60,000 bases of DNA from Laetmonice hystrix (GCA_965235115.1 OZ249436.1:50594001-50654000); one strand, 5' to 3'. Counted from the stretch's first letter, positions 27,992-40,715 are shown. The notes: generated by a model not told the origin, from the sequence alone. Numbers and translations: made by a program.

Positions 27992-30351
27992 GATGCTCCT
28001 CGCCAGTACCTTTCATTTCCACTACCTCACTGTAGTGTTTGCATGGCTACTAGGCCAGTCGGTAAAATGTAGGGACTTCTCACTCTACTGGTTGGCCTCC
28101 CACACTGCTTGGCCTCACAGTGTACTGTTTGGCCTCACTGTACTCTTTGGCCTCACTGTAGTGTTCGCTGGGGTGCTAGGCCAGCCAGTACCTTGTAGGG
28201 ATTTCTCACTGTACCGTTTGTCCTCCCTGTACCGTTTGCTTGTATACAACAGTAGCCAGTAATATAGGGACGCCTCATGTTTCATGTTTCCATGCCTTTA
28301 TTGTCCAGGAGGCAGGCCATACGTTTCGTCTATCATCTAGTCCCATCTAAGCTATGTCCCCTAGAGACCATCTGTAAGCGTGCGATAACGTTGTCAGGTC
28401 GTCCCAGTGACTGTTTGGCGTAAAGGTTTAGTTAACAATGCCAAATGACGTTGTACGCCTTTTCTATATCAGATATTCCATCCCCAAGTAAGAAACAAAC
28501 AAAGAAAGAGTACAGATATGTTGCAGGCAAGAAACATCAGGGTGCAGCGCAGCTCTACTGAAGCGGCGGCGGGGGCGGCGACTGCACTGCCATCTTTCGG
28601 TTACCGATGGAATCACCACGTATAACTGGCCGGGCTGGCAGGCACCTGTGGCTCTGAGGTTAAAGCAATGAGAAGCGAAAAATGGCTACATTTCTCATAC
28701 GTCAAATTGAAACTACGCCCCCCCCCCCAAAGTTATGATTCTTAGGCCAGATGTATAACTGTCAAACGTATAGGTCTCGTACGTTCGCTACAGATATATG
28801 GTTGTGATGTGTATACTTCCCATTTGAGTATCGTCTCCAGATTTTAACATTAGATGCTCCTCGCCAGTACCTTTCATTTGCACTACGTCACTGTAGTGTT
28901 TGCATGGCTACTAGGCCAGTCGGTAATATGTAGGGACTTCTCACTATACTGGTTGGCCTCCCACACTGCTTGGCCTCACAGTGTACTGTTTGGCCTCACT
29001 GTACTCTTTGGCCTCACTGTAGTGTTCGCTGGGGTGCTAGGCCAGCCAGTACCTTTTAGCGATTCCTCACTGTATCGTTTGTCCTCCCTGTACCGTTTCC
29101 TTGTATACAACAGTAGCCAGTAATATAGGGACGCCTCATGTTTCATGTTTCCATGCCTTTATTGTCCAGGAGGCAGGCCATACGTTTCGTCTATCATCTA
29201 GTCCCATCGAATCTGTGTCCCCTGCAGACGATCTGTCAGCGTGCGACAACGTTGTCAGGTCGTCCCAATGACTGTTTGGCGTAAAGGTTTAGTTAACAAT
29301 GGCAAATGACGTTGTGCGCCTTTTCTATATCAGATATCCCACCCCCAAGTAAGAAACAAACAAAGAAAGAGTACAGAGATGTTGCAGGCAAGAAACATCA
29401 GGGTGCAGCGCAGCTCTACTGAAGCGGCGGCGGGGGCGGCGACTGCACTGCCATCTTTCGGTTACCGATGGAATCACCACGTATAACTGGCCGGGCTGGC
29501 AGGCACCTGTGGCTCTGAGGTTAAAGCAATGAGAAGCGAAAAATGGCTACATTTCTCATACGTCAAATTGAAACTACGCCCCCCCCCCCCAAAGTTATGA
29601 TTCTTAGGCCAGATGTATAACTGTCAAACGTATAGGTCTCGTACGTTCGCTACAGATATATGGTTGTGATGTGTATACTTCCCATTTGAGTATCGTCTCC
29701 AGATTTTAACATTAGATGCTCCTCGCCAGTACCTTTCATTTGCACTACGTCACTGTAGTGTTTGCATGGCTACTAGGCCAGTCGGTAATATGTAGGGACT
29801 TCTCACTATACTGGTTGGCCTCCCACACTGCTTGGCCTCACAGTGTACTGTTTGGCCTCACTGTACTCTTTGGCCTCACTGTAGTGTTCGCTGGGGTGCT
29901 AGGCCAGCCAGTACCTTTTAGCGATTCCTCACTGTATCGTTTGTCCTCCCTGTACCGTTTCCTTGTATACAACAGTAGCCAGTAATATAGGGACGCCTCA
30001 TGTTTCATGTTTCCATGCCTTTATTGTCCAGGAGGCAGGCCATACGTTCCGTCTATCATCTAGTCCCATCTAAGCTATGTCCCCTAGAGACCATCTGTAA
30101 GCGTGCGACAACGTTGTCAGGTCGTCCCAATGACTGTTTGGCGTAAAGGTTTAGTTAACAATGGCAAATGACGTTGTACGCCTTATCTATATCAGATATC
30201 CCATCCCCAAGTAAGAAACAAAGAAAGAAAGAGTACAGAGATGTTGTAGGCAAGAAACACCAGGGTGCAGCGCAGCTCTACTGAAGCGGCGGCGGGGGCG
30301 GCGACTGCACTGCCATCTTTCGGTTACCGATGGAATCACCACGTATAACTG

Positions 30352-31503
30352 GCACGTGTTGCCAGACTACGACCGAACGTGGACCCATGCAAGCTCCTTC
30401 CGACCCATCAGCCAGTTCATGGGAGACAGACCCGAGTCTATCTAAGCGATACTTTCAGACGTGACCGTTCACTTTACATTTAACCAGTGGTTTCCTGGCT
30501 TTATATAGTGGGGAGGTCAAGCTGGACCTCCAGAGTGGTGTCCCACACAACCACATTGTTTTACTAAGATAAAAACATTTTACAGGCAACAACCAAAGCC
30601 CTGGAGGTGGAGATCTCGTCTGTAGCACTAAAAATAGGGGGACCATCCATAGTTTCTTCCTGCAAGTTGATTTCATTAAAACATATTAATAAAAATGATA
30701 AAATCAGGGCACCATGAACAATGAGGCACGTGACCCCGACGTTCTGCATACGACAGTCGTCACCCAACGTCAAGGTCAACATAGTTACAGTCATTTATAT
30801 ACAAATTAGGATCTCACCTCCAAAACCAATTGCCTACATGGCTGTATTTTAGTGCGTTCTTTACCACAAAGCAATATAAGTGAACCCCGACTTAAAGTTC
30901 AGAAGGTTTTACAGGTAGAACATATTTCACATTAATCAAGACACCATTTCCACCGTCCTGTCTGTCCAAATGAAAACAAGGTGTACAACCAAGCATGTCT
31001 GGCGGTGTCATACTGTCTACAGGTAAAACTGTTGACTGTAACTGACTGACTGACGTACAAAGTCGCCGGCGTGAGGTGTTACAAACAAACCTGGACAATA
31101 GAAACCACTATACCTGGTATTTATAGCACAAGACGTTATTAGAGGAGGGCGTATACTGTCATAGCTTTCACCTACTCTGTTTACCACACAGATCTTGCTT
31201 ACTTGATTATTGTTTGTTCATGAAGGAGTAAAAGTTTTAATATCAACTAATGCAATATGTGCCCCCTGACTTCATGGATCTGTTATCCGTAAACCATCTC
31301 ATTTCTGCCACGCTGTCTTTTTTGGCCTTGACAAGTTTAACAAAACTGGTCAAAAAATTATGACTAACGTGATGTCCTTAAGAACGACAAAAGTGGGCAA
31401 CGTTGTGACAAAAGTGGTGACCTGTGACAAAAGTGGGCATTTTGTGTGACAAAAGTGGTGACCTGTGACAAAAGTGGTAAAAATGACAAAAGTGGTTGTT
31501 ACA
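30352..31503 (+). mobile_element. Element B copy 6, 5'-truncated
   Basis: Fused to a truncated monomer at ...TATAACTG-GC-ACGTGTTGCC. Right TIR intact; shares copy-4 variants. Confidence 0.9.
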
Positions 31504-34500
31504 GATGCTCCTCGCCAGTACCTTTCATTTCCACTACCTCACTGTAGTGTTTGCATGGCTACTAGGCCAGTCGGTAAAATGTAGGGACTTCTCACTCTAC
31601 TGGTTGGCCTCCCACACTGCTTGGCCTCACAGTGTACTGTTTGGCCTCACTGTACTCTTTGGCCTCACTGTAGTGTTCGCTGGGGTGCTAGGCCAGCCAG
31701 TACCTTGTAGCGATTTCTCACTGTACCGTTTGTCCTCCCTGTACCGTTTGCTTGTATACAACAGTAGCCAGTAATATAGGGACGCCTCATGTTTCATGTT
31801 TCCATGCCTTTATTGTCCAGGAGGCAGGCCATACGTTTCGTCTATCATCTAGTCCCATCTAATCTATGTCCCCTAGAGACCATCTGTAAGCGTGCGACAA
31901 CGTTGTCAGGTCGTCCCAGTGACTGTTTGGCGTAAAGGTTTAGTTAACAATGCCAAATGACGTTGTACGCCTTTTCTATATCAGATATTCCATCCCCAAG
32001 TAAGAAACAAACAAAGAAAGAGTACAGAGATGTTGCAGGCAAGAAACACCAGGGTGCAGCGCAGCTCTACTGAAGCGGCGGCGGGGACAGCGACTACACT
32101 GCCATCTTCCGGCTACCGGTGGAATCACCACGCATAACTGGCCGGGCTGGCAGGCACCTGGGGCTCTTAGGTTAAAGCAATGAGAAGCAAAAAATGGCTA
32201 CATTTCTGATACGTCAAATTAAAACTACGCCCCCAAAGTTATGATTCTTAGGCCAGATGTATAACTGTCAAACGTATAGGTCTCGTACGTTCGCTACAGA
32301 TATATGGTTGTGATGCGTATACTTCCCATTTGAGTATCTTCTCCAGATTTTAACATTAGATGCTCCTCGCCAGTACCTTTAATTTCCACTACCTCACTGT
32401 AGTGTTTGCATGGCTACTAGGCCAGTCGGTAAAATGTAGGGACTTCTCTCTATACTGGTTGGCCTCCCACACTGCTTGGCCTCACAGTGTACTCTTTGGC
32501 TTCACTGTACTCTTTGGCCTCACTGTAGTGTTCGCTGGGGTGCTAGGCCAGCCAGTACCTTGTAGCGATTCCTTACTGTACCGTTTGTCCTCCCTGTACC
32601 GTTTGCTTGTATACAACAGTAACCACTAATATAGGGACGCCTCATGTTTCATGTTTCCATGCCTTTATTGTCCAGGAGGCAGGCGATACGTTTCGTCTAT
32701 CATCTACTCCCATCTAATCTATGTCCCCTAGAGACCATCTGTAAGCGTGCGACAACGTTGTCAGGTCGTCCCAATGACTGTTTGCCGTAAAGGTTTAGTT
32801 CAGAATGGCAAATGACGTTGTACGCCTTTTCTATATCAGATATCCCATCCCCAAGTAAGAATCAAACAGAGAAAAAGTACAGAGATGTTGCAGGCAAGAA
32901 ACACCAGGGTGCAGTGCAGCTCTACTGAAGCGGCGGCAGAGGCGGCGACTGCACTGCCATCTTCCGGCTACTGATGGAATCACCACGTATACCTGGCCGG
33001 GCTGGCGGGCACCTGTGGCTCTTAGGTTAAAACAATGAGAAGCGAAAAATGGCTACATTTCTCATACCTCAAATTGAAACTACGCCCCCCAAAGTTATGA
33101 TTCTTAGGCCAGATGTATAACTGTGAAACGTATAGGTCTCGTACGTTCGCTACAGATATATGGTTGTGATGTGTATACTTCCCATTTGAGTATCTTCTCC
33201 AGATTTTAACATTAGATGCTCCTCGCCAGTACCTTTCATTTCCACTACCTCACTGTAGTGTTTGCATGGCTACTAGGCCAGTCGGTAATATGTAGGGACT
33301 TCTCACTATACTGGTTGGCCTCCCACACTGCTTGGCCTCACAGTGTACTGTTTGGCCTCACTGTACTCTTTGGCCTCACTGTAGTGTTCGCTGGGGTGCT
33401 AGGCCAGCCAGTACCTTGTAGCGATTCCTCACTGTACCGTTTGTCCTCCCTGTACCGTTTGCTTGTATACAACAGTAGCCAGTAATATAGGGACGCCTCA
33501 TGTTTCATGTTTCCATGCCTTTATTGTCCAGGAGGCAGGCCATACGTTTCGTCTATCATCTAGTCCCATCTAATCTATGTCCCCTAGAGACCATCTGTAA
33601 GCGTGCAACAACGTTGTCAGGTCGTCCCAGTGACTGTTTGGCGTAAAGGTTTAGTTAACAATGCCAAATGACGTTGTACGCCTTTTCTATATCAGATATT
33701 CCATCCCCAGGTAAGAAACAAACAAAGAAAGAGTACAGAGATGTTGCAGGCAAGAAACACCAGGGTGCAGCGCAGCTCTACTGAAGCGGCGGCGGGGGCG
33801 GCGACTGCACTGCCATCTTCCGGCTACCGGTGGAATCACCACGTAGAACTGGCCGGGCTGGCAGGCACCTGTAGCTCTTAGGTTAAAGCAATGAGAAGCG
33901 GAAAATGGGTACATTTCTGATACGTCAAATTGAAACAACGCCCCCCAAACTTATGATTCTTAGGCCAGATGTAGAACTGTCAAACTTATAAGTCTCGTAC
34001 GTTCGCTACAGATATATGGTTGTACTTCCCATTTGAGTATCTTCTCCAGATTTTAACATTAGATGCTCCTCGCCAGTACCTTTCATTTCCACTACTTCAC
34101 TGTAGTGTTTTCATGGCTACTAGGCCAGTCGGTAGTATGTAGGGACTTCTCACTATAGGCCTACTGGTTGGCCTCCCTCACTGCTTGGCCTCACAGTGTA
34201 CTCTTTGGCCTCACTGTACTTTTTGGCCTCACTGTAGTGTTCGCTGGGGTGCTAGGCCAGCCAGTACCTTGTAGCGATTCCTCACTGTACCGTTTGTCCT
34301 CCCTGTACCGTTTGCTTGTATACAACAGTAGCCAGTAATATAGGGACGCCTCATGTTTCATGTTTCCATGCCTTTATTGTCCAGGAGGCAGGCCATACGT
34401 TTCGTCTATCATCTAGTCCCATCTAATCTATGTCCCCTAGAGACCATCTGTAAGCGTGCGACAACGTTGTCAGGTCGTCCCAGTGACTGTTTGGCGTAAA

Positions 34501-35027
34501 GGTTTAGTTAACAATGCCAAATGACGTTGTACGCCTTTTCTATATCAGATATTCCATCCCCAAGTAAGAAACAAACAAAGAAAGAGTACAGAGATGTTGC
34601 AGGCAAGAAACACCAGGGTGCAGCGCAGCTCTACTGAAGCGGCGGCGGGGGCGGCGACTGCACTGCCATCTTTCGGTTACCGATGGAATCACCACGTATA
34701 ACTGGCCGGGCTGGCAGGCACCTGTGGCTCTGAGGTTAAAGCAATGAGAAGCGAAAAATGGCTACATTTCTCATACGTCAAATTGAAACTACGCCAACCA
34801 AAGTTATGATTCTTAGGCCAGATGTATAACTGTCAAACGTATAGGTCTCGTACGTTCGCTACAGATATATGGTTGTGATGTGTATACTTCCCATTTGAGT
34901 ATCTTCTCCAGATTTTAACATTAGATGCTCCTCGCCAGTACCTTTCATTTCCACTACCTCACTGTAGTGTTTGCATGGCTATTGCACTAATGACCTGATA
35001 TTATGTAAAGAGATGTATTTAGCGTTT

Positions 35028-35233
35028 TTAAATCATTCCCTGACCAGTACAAGCATATTTGCGGGCACTGAAGAAGGTAGCAATGACATTCAGAGGAAAA
35101 ATTTCAAGTTGGCACACACTCTCAGCTTCTCAAAGCAGACAGAAACGTGGAGATGCCACCGTCCGGTGCTGCGGTTCGACCCATGTTTGAAGTCGCTCAT
35201 TCGCTAGCATATATAAAGGTGGAGAGCACCCGA
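35028..35233 (+). repeat. Right copy of the direct repeat bracketing the array
   Basis: TTAAATCATTCCCTG...GAGATG|CCACCGTCCGGTGCTGCGG...GAGAGCACCCGA matches the left flank. Confidence 0.9.
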
Positions 35234-35692
35234 CGCCGTGCCTGTTAGGGAGCAGCTTTGGCGCTGCACTCGCAGGCCAGGCTGCCGCCGTCACGTGTGA
35301 CGCCTAGGCCAATGAGCAGTCATGTATGAACTCGCCGTTTCAGAAATCTAAGCTACTCGACAGTTAACGGCCCATTTGACCATCTTTTCTAAGTTTCCCT
35401 TCATTTCTTTGAAAACAGTGGAGAAGATGATGTAACGATGAATATGAGCATGTTTTCATCTTCGGCAAAATCGGCGGAATAGAGGCAGAATAGAGTTTTA
35501 AAGAATTCGGGTGTTCTCCTTGGCCCTGGTGGCGGGGTGAACCGCCACCGAGGGAGACCAATATGAGGCCACGCCACCTGCCTGTACGCCACCTGACTGA
35601 CAGTGATTCGGTCCGTATGCACCCACTTGCATGCCTGTATTTTTCTTTTTTGAAATGCACGGCATCAGGGGTAACCCAATTACTTTGACAAT

Positions 35693-36188
35693 GGGTAAGG
35701 TCAAATCTAAGAGTTAAATGGGTGTTAACGCTAGGTATTAAGAAAGTGTTCTATAAATCGAAAATTTGACCTCGTCCTGGGTGTTTGCTTAACACTGAGT
35801 TAACACTGTTTCAACAACGTGTTAACACCTAAAACACACCTTGTAAACACCTAGATAACTCAGGTGTCCCCTTAATCTCAGTAAGGTCCCAGGTGTCTTT
35901 GGAATTACCATAGAAAACCTATACCTAAAGTGTTAACCGCCTGTGGGTTAACACCTGAGACAGGTCAAAACTCAGAGTCAAGCTTATTCCTTATTCCACT
36001 GGTAGGAGTGGCGACCAGGTGTGACTGAGGTGTCAGGTAAGTGTTACCTGAGTTTTATCAAAGTATTAACTGGGTGTTGTCAAAATGTTAACTGGAGCCC
36101 GGTGTAAAAGGTTCAGGTTAACACTTTTTCCTGAGATAACACCTGGATAATCCAGGCGTATAGTTAACTCTCATATTTGACCTCACCC
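35693..36188. mobile_element. 496-bp MITE with ~25-bp TIRs and AAT target-site duplication (PIF/Harbinger-related type)
   Basis: Ends GGGTAAGGTCAAATCTAAGAGTTAA and TTAACTCTCATATTTGACCTCACCC, flanked by AAT. Empty site GACAATGTCCC is present in the local duplicate near 36360. Interior is rich in GTTAACAC/GGTGTT motifs. Confidence 0.85.
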
Positions 36189-36564
36189 AATGTCCCTAAA
36201 GAGAAAGTGATTAGGACCTCATGTACCCCACATGCCAGTAGTGATTAGGTCCCTATATACCCCACCTGGCTTTTGTGATTAGGGCCCTATAGCCTATACG
36301 CCACCTGACTGTATTTTTCTTTTGAAATGCACGGGCATCAGGGGTAACCCAATTACTTTGACAATGTCCCTAAAGAGAAAAGTTGTATAGTCCTCTACAC
36401 GAATCGAACCCAGGCCCTAAGATTACTGCACCCATTCGCATAGCATAAGGTGTCGACATCCATGATTAGGACCTAATACTGTTAAAATTTCGAAAAGATG
36501 CTCAAACGGGAAGTACACAATAATCACAAATATTTATCCTTAGCGAATGGACGTGAAGGAAATG

Positions 36565-36670
36565 ATGGTCAAAAAATTATGAATATAGTGGTTTCCTCGG
36601 GAACGACAAAGGTGGGCTATCTTGTGACAATAGTGGGCATTTCGTGCGACAAATGTGCGACCCCTGTGTT
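36565..36670. mobile_element. Degenerate fragment of element B TIR
   Basis: TGGTCAAAAAATTATGA...GAACGACAAAGGTGGGC...TTGTGACAATAGTGGGCATT matches ~6965-7070. Confidence 0.65.
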
Positions 36671-36798
36671 CAAATTAGTAAGTTATAGAGTCCTACTTAC
36701 AAAATGGTATTTCGTGAAAGTAGCACATGACCTGTAGTAACTACCTCTGTCGGGGAAATAGGATAATAATTCTATAAAATTTTACCCCAAAACAAAAT

Positions 36799-36815
36799 GC
36801 CGCCAGATGGCAGCA
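36799..36815 (+). promoter_or_regulatory. CTCF-like motif
   Basis: GCCGCCAGATGGCAGCA fits CC[AG][CG][CT]AG[AG][GT]GGC[AG]. Confidence 0.45.
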
Positions 36816-37047
36816 CCAGCTATCGCAGATTCTTTCGATGTTCAACCGAAATGGCATATTTGAGTAAAATTACAGCGTACAGCAACTATAATTTGAGTAA
36901 AGATTTTTTAGATTTGGAGTGGAGGGTTCACGCCTTCGCAACAGCCAAGGTCACGTGATCAAGGCCGTCAGTTTTACTGGTGGAGGAGCTGGAGTATCCC
37001 GAAAAAAACCAGGTTGGAATTTTATGGCCTCATGTATTCTCCTGAGA

Positions 37048-38003
37048 ACGTGACATGTGAATATAAGTTAGAGTACGGAGGCATATGCAGGAAGATCATG
37101 CCAGGAAATGTATTCATATACACACCTGTCGACACGTAACATGTGAATATAAGTTAGAGTACGGAGGCGTGTGCAGGGAGATCGTGCCAGGAAATGTATT
37201 CCTATGTTCACACCTGTAGGAACGTGACGGAGGCGTGTGCAGGGAGATCGTGCCAGGAAATGTATTCCTATGTTCACACCTGTAGGAACGTGACGGAGGC
37301 GTGTGCAGGGAGATCGTGCCAGGAAATGTATTCCTATGTTCACACCTGTCGGAACGTGACGGAGGCGTGTGCAGGGAGATCGTGCCAGGAAATGTATTCC
37401 TATGTTCACACCTGTAGGAACGTGACGGAGGCGTGTGCAGGGAGATCGTGTCAGGAAATGTATTCCTATGTTCACACCTGTAGGAACGTGACGGAGGCGT
37501 GTGCAGGGAGATCGTGCCAGGAAATGTATTCCTATGTTCACACCTGTAGGAACGTGACGGAGGCGTGTGCAGGGAGATCGTGTCAGGAAATGTATTCATA
37601 TGTTCACACCTGTAGGAACGTGACGGAGGCGTGTGCAGGGAGATCGTGTCAGGAAATGTATTCCTATGTTCACACCTGTAGGAACGTGACGGAGGCGTGT
37701 GCAGGGAGATCGTGTCAGGAAATGTATTCATATGTTCACACCTGTAGGAACGTGACGGAGGCGTGTGCAGGGAGATCGTGTCAGGAAATGTATTCCTATG
37801 TTCACACCTGTAGGAACGTGACGGAGGCGTGTGCAGGGAGATCGTGTCAGGAAATGTACATGTATTCCTATGTTCACACCTGTAGGAACGTGACGGAGGC
37901 GTGTGCAGGGAGATCGTGCCAGGAAATGTATTCCTATGTTCACACCTGTCGGAACGTGACGGAGGCGTGTGCAGGGAGATCGTGCCAGGAAATGTATTCA
38001 TAT
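37048..38003. repeat. 66-bp minisatellite (~12.7 copies from 37161) preceded by an 86-bp variant unit
   Basis: Unit ACGGAGGCGTGTGCAGGGAGATCGTGCCAGGAAATGTATTCCTATGTTCACACCTGTAGGAACGTG; starts at 37161, 37227 and onward. Confidence 0.97.
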
Positions 38004-40715
38004 GTATTCCGTCCGAACGTTCAGGACGAACAGGAACGCCAAAGGAAGCGGGGGTGGAGACGACGTCTTGCCCCCCCCCCCCCAAAAAAAAATGGAAAAA
38101 AGAACAAACTCTCTCATGAAATTAATATCTTCATGATTTTTTTTCATTTATTTGTTTTCACAGTCCTGTCTTTGCACTCGCCTGTTGACGATTGACCTTG
38201 GTTCAGGTTGTTGCTGACCATACATGCAGAAGTCTACACCTATTTTACGGCAGTCTTCTTCATTAACTGCAAATCACTTTTCATTTCATGATGTCCTACC
38301 TCGAGAAAATCTATTTTCTATAGAACAGTCCTTTACGGCATTCTATGCATCGTTGATTTAATTCTGCCGTGTTTAGTCAGAGGTCAAAATTTCAAAAGCG
38401 CAAATTTTGATTCCGATGTATTAGGTTAGTGCACAGGAACATATCAAAAACTGTAAACTAGAATAATATATTATATAGATCTCATGTACCGTCTCATCAT
38501 TTCTCGATTAACAAAACACTCCCAAGAATCTGTGATGACATCATAGAAACATCTTCGTCATATGGCACAAAGTGTAGTTATCAAAATGCATTTTCTTTCA
38601 CAAAAATAGAATATATATTTATCGACATGAAGATAATAGCACCGGACTGTGACATTGTAGTCTTCGTTATCAGGATATGGCAAGGCTGCATCTCCATAAC
38701 ACGACTGACGTCACAGTGATTTGGGCTGAGGGTTAGGGTCATATGTGAAGGTCACTTAGCTTGGACCAGCTGTCTCTTCAACAATCTCTTACCCAAGGCA
38801 CACTCATTTTATGCAGGTCTTTATAAACGTGACTGGCCAAAGTACAGACAAGATTACCGAAATAAAATCAATCAAATCAAATTAAAATTACCATAGAGCA
38901 TCTGAGCATACTGTGAAAGTTGTTAAAAGGTTCGGGATAACCGTAGTTTTAGCCTCCAATCTTACCTACCAAACAGGACGCATTTTAGGCGCAATACTGA
39001 ATCAAAATAATGAAGGGCCTAATACATGTATAATTCCTAAATTGATAGGGGATAATTCAACTTTTAAATGGGGTACTATACAAAATATAACCTTGCGCAA
39101 AACAACCTGTATCTGTACACCATGCTCTTCTCTGGTATATACCAATCAACTCTAATATACAACCGGTATAGAGTTTTTGTTTTATCACTATCTATACAAT
39201 TCTCACCTAATATACATAAAATATACACGAGTTGAATCTTACAATTAGACCGTTGGTGGGGTGACTATGCTAGGCAGGCTATGCTAAGCCTACAGTCTTA
39301 ACAGATAAATAAATAGTGGAAATAAAATCTACAGCTGTTACAAATACTCCATCGGCAGTGTTCTGCGATCATTCAAATAGATAAATTGGTGATTTTAATA
39401 ATCAGTGTTGATACCACATCACCTCGGCGTGTTATGTTCCGAAACGTTATCAAACACGAACACTGCGATTTCGAGTCAATCAGTTGTGAAACCTCTGCAC
39501 CATGAGAATTTCGTTAACCAACTTTTTCACAATCCAAATGCAGAACCGCACGAGATTCATGCTTATACTAAAGAGATTTTTATAGGCCTTCTGCACTATG
39601 CATTTATGTACATAACAATTTTTCATCTGGAATAAATATCATCATCATTATTTACCTCCGGATATTATAACATAATTATACTATTTCATTAAATAAATAA
39701 ATCTCACATATTACTATATTACACGACAATGTGAGAAGAGAGGGGACTCACAAAACATGTTGTCAACCATAACAAGTTTACACAAGGAACTAATAGGGCT
39801 TCGTTAAGACCCTAAGACCCGAGCCTACTCTGGTATAAAATCAAGATGACGTGATGCTACAGTATCAGACCCTTAAATACCGGTAGTAGTAAAAGTTGCA
39901 TTTGTACCGCCCCTATATCCTTATCATCTTAATACTGATATTGCATCGCTCTGGACTGGCCATTAGCCGAATATAGGAAGACGCTAACTGATATTTGATT
40001 GGCAGACATAGTACCCTTAGCTACAATTTGAGTTGTTATTTACCCAGATGGGTTTGGTGTGTCGGAGGTTGTCCTAACGAGATCCGATAGAGATTCTTGA
40101 GGGAGCAGGTATCAATATTTCTCCAAACAACTTCATGAGAATAGACATATATAACTATTTCGGATATTTCCTGTTTCAAAGTTAGGCCTACTAAAGGTAA
40201 CTTAGAGAAAATCCGAGATAGGCCTATCAGTATAGACCTAAATGTTTCTGGGTCAATCTAAGAAGTAAACCATTTTCTTATGGAAGACTTGAAAGCGTAA
40301 AATGCAAGTGAAAGTGTAAAATGTAACTTTTCATGAATTCCATCATTCGTTAATTTCGAGCCCTGTCCGAGTTTCAAATTCCTCAGCGTAAGCAAATGTA
40401 ATAGTTCAGTAACAATTAAGGGTACTAGATGACGGTACGTTGGACGGTTGAGGCATAGATCTAGGATTTTTAGATTTTGGAACAGAATTCTCAAGGTGGT
40501 CATAGTAAATTTATCCCCATGTCGTTGGTACCGTATATAACTACGACCTACACCTAGAGGCCTACCCTGTCGTTATAACACGCCTGAACACAGACCGTTT
40601 AACGCCCCCCCCCCCCCCCACCCCCAACGTCTTGATCGTCACCCCCGTTACCAGAGATTACCACAGTTTACGGGAAATGGAAACGTTTACTCGGGTAGGT
40701 TTGGCAACCATTCCA

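Larger units (their letters stand above)
4110..34981. repeat. Higher-order tandem array (macrosatellite) of ~857-bp monomers plus co-amplified 2.2-kb transposon
   Basis: Monomers start (GATGCTCCTCGCC) at 7122, 7982, 8839, 11906, 12767, 13627, 14483, 17540, 18402, 19263, 20119, 23218, 24073, 24929, 27992, 28853, 29715 (truncated), 31504, 32359, 33215, 34062 and 34924 (58 bp). A 5'-truncated copy lies at 4110-4926. Confidence 0.97.

Noticed and set aside
36380..36445. tRNA gene suggested by a minus-strand GGTTCGATTC B-box
   Set aside because: No complete cloverleaf; at most a tRNA-derived SINE remnant.
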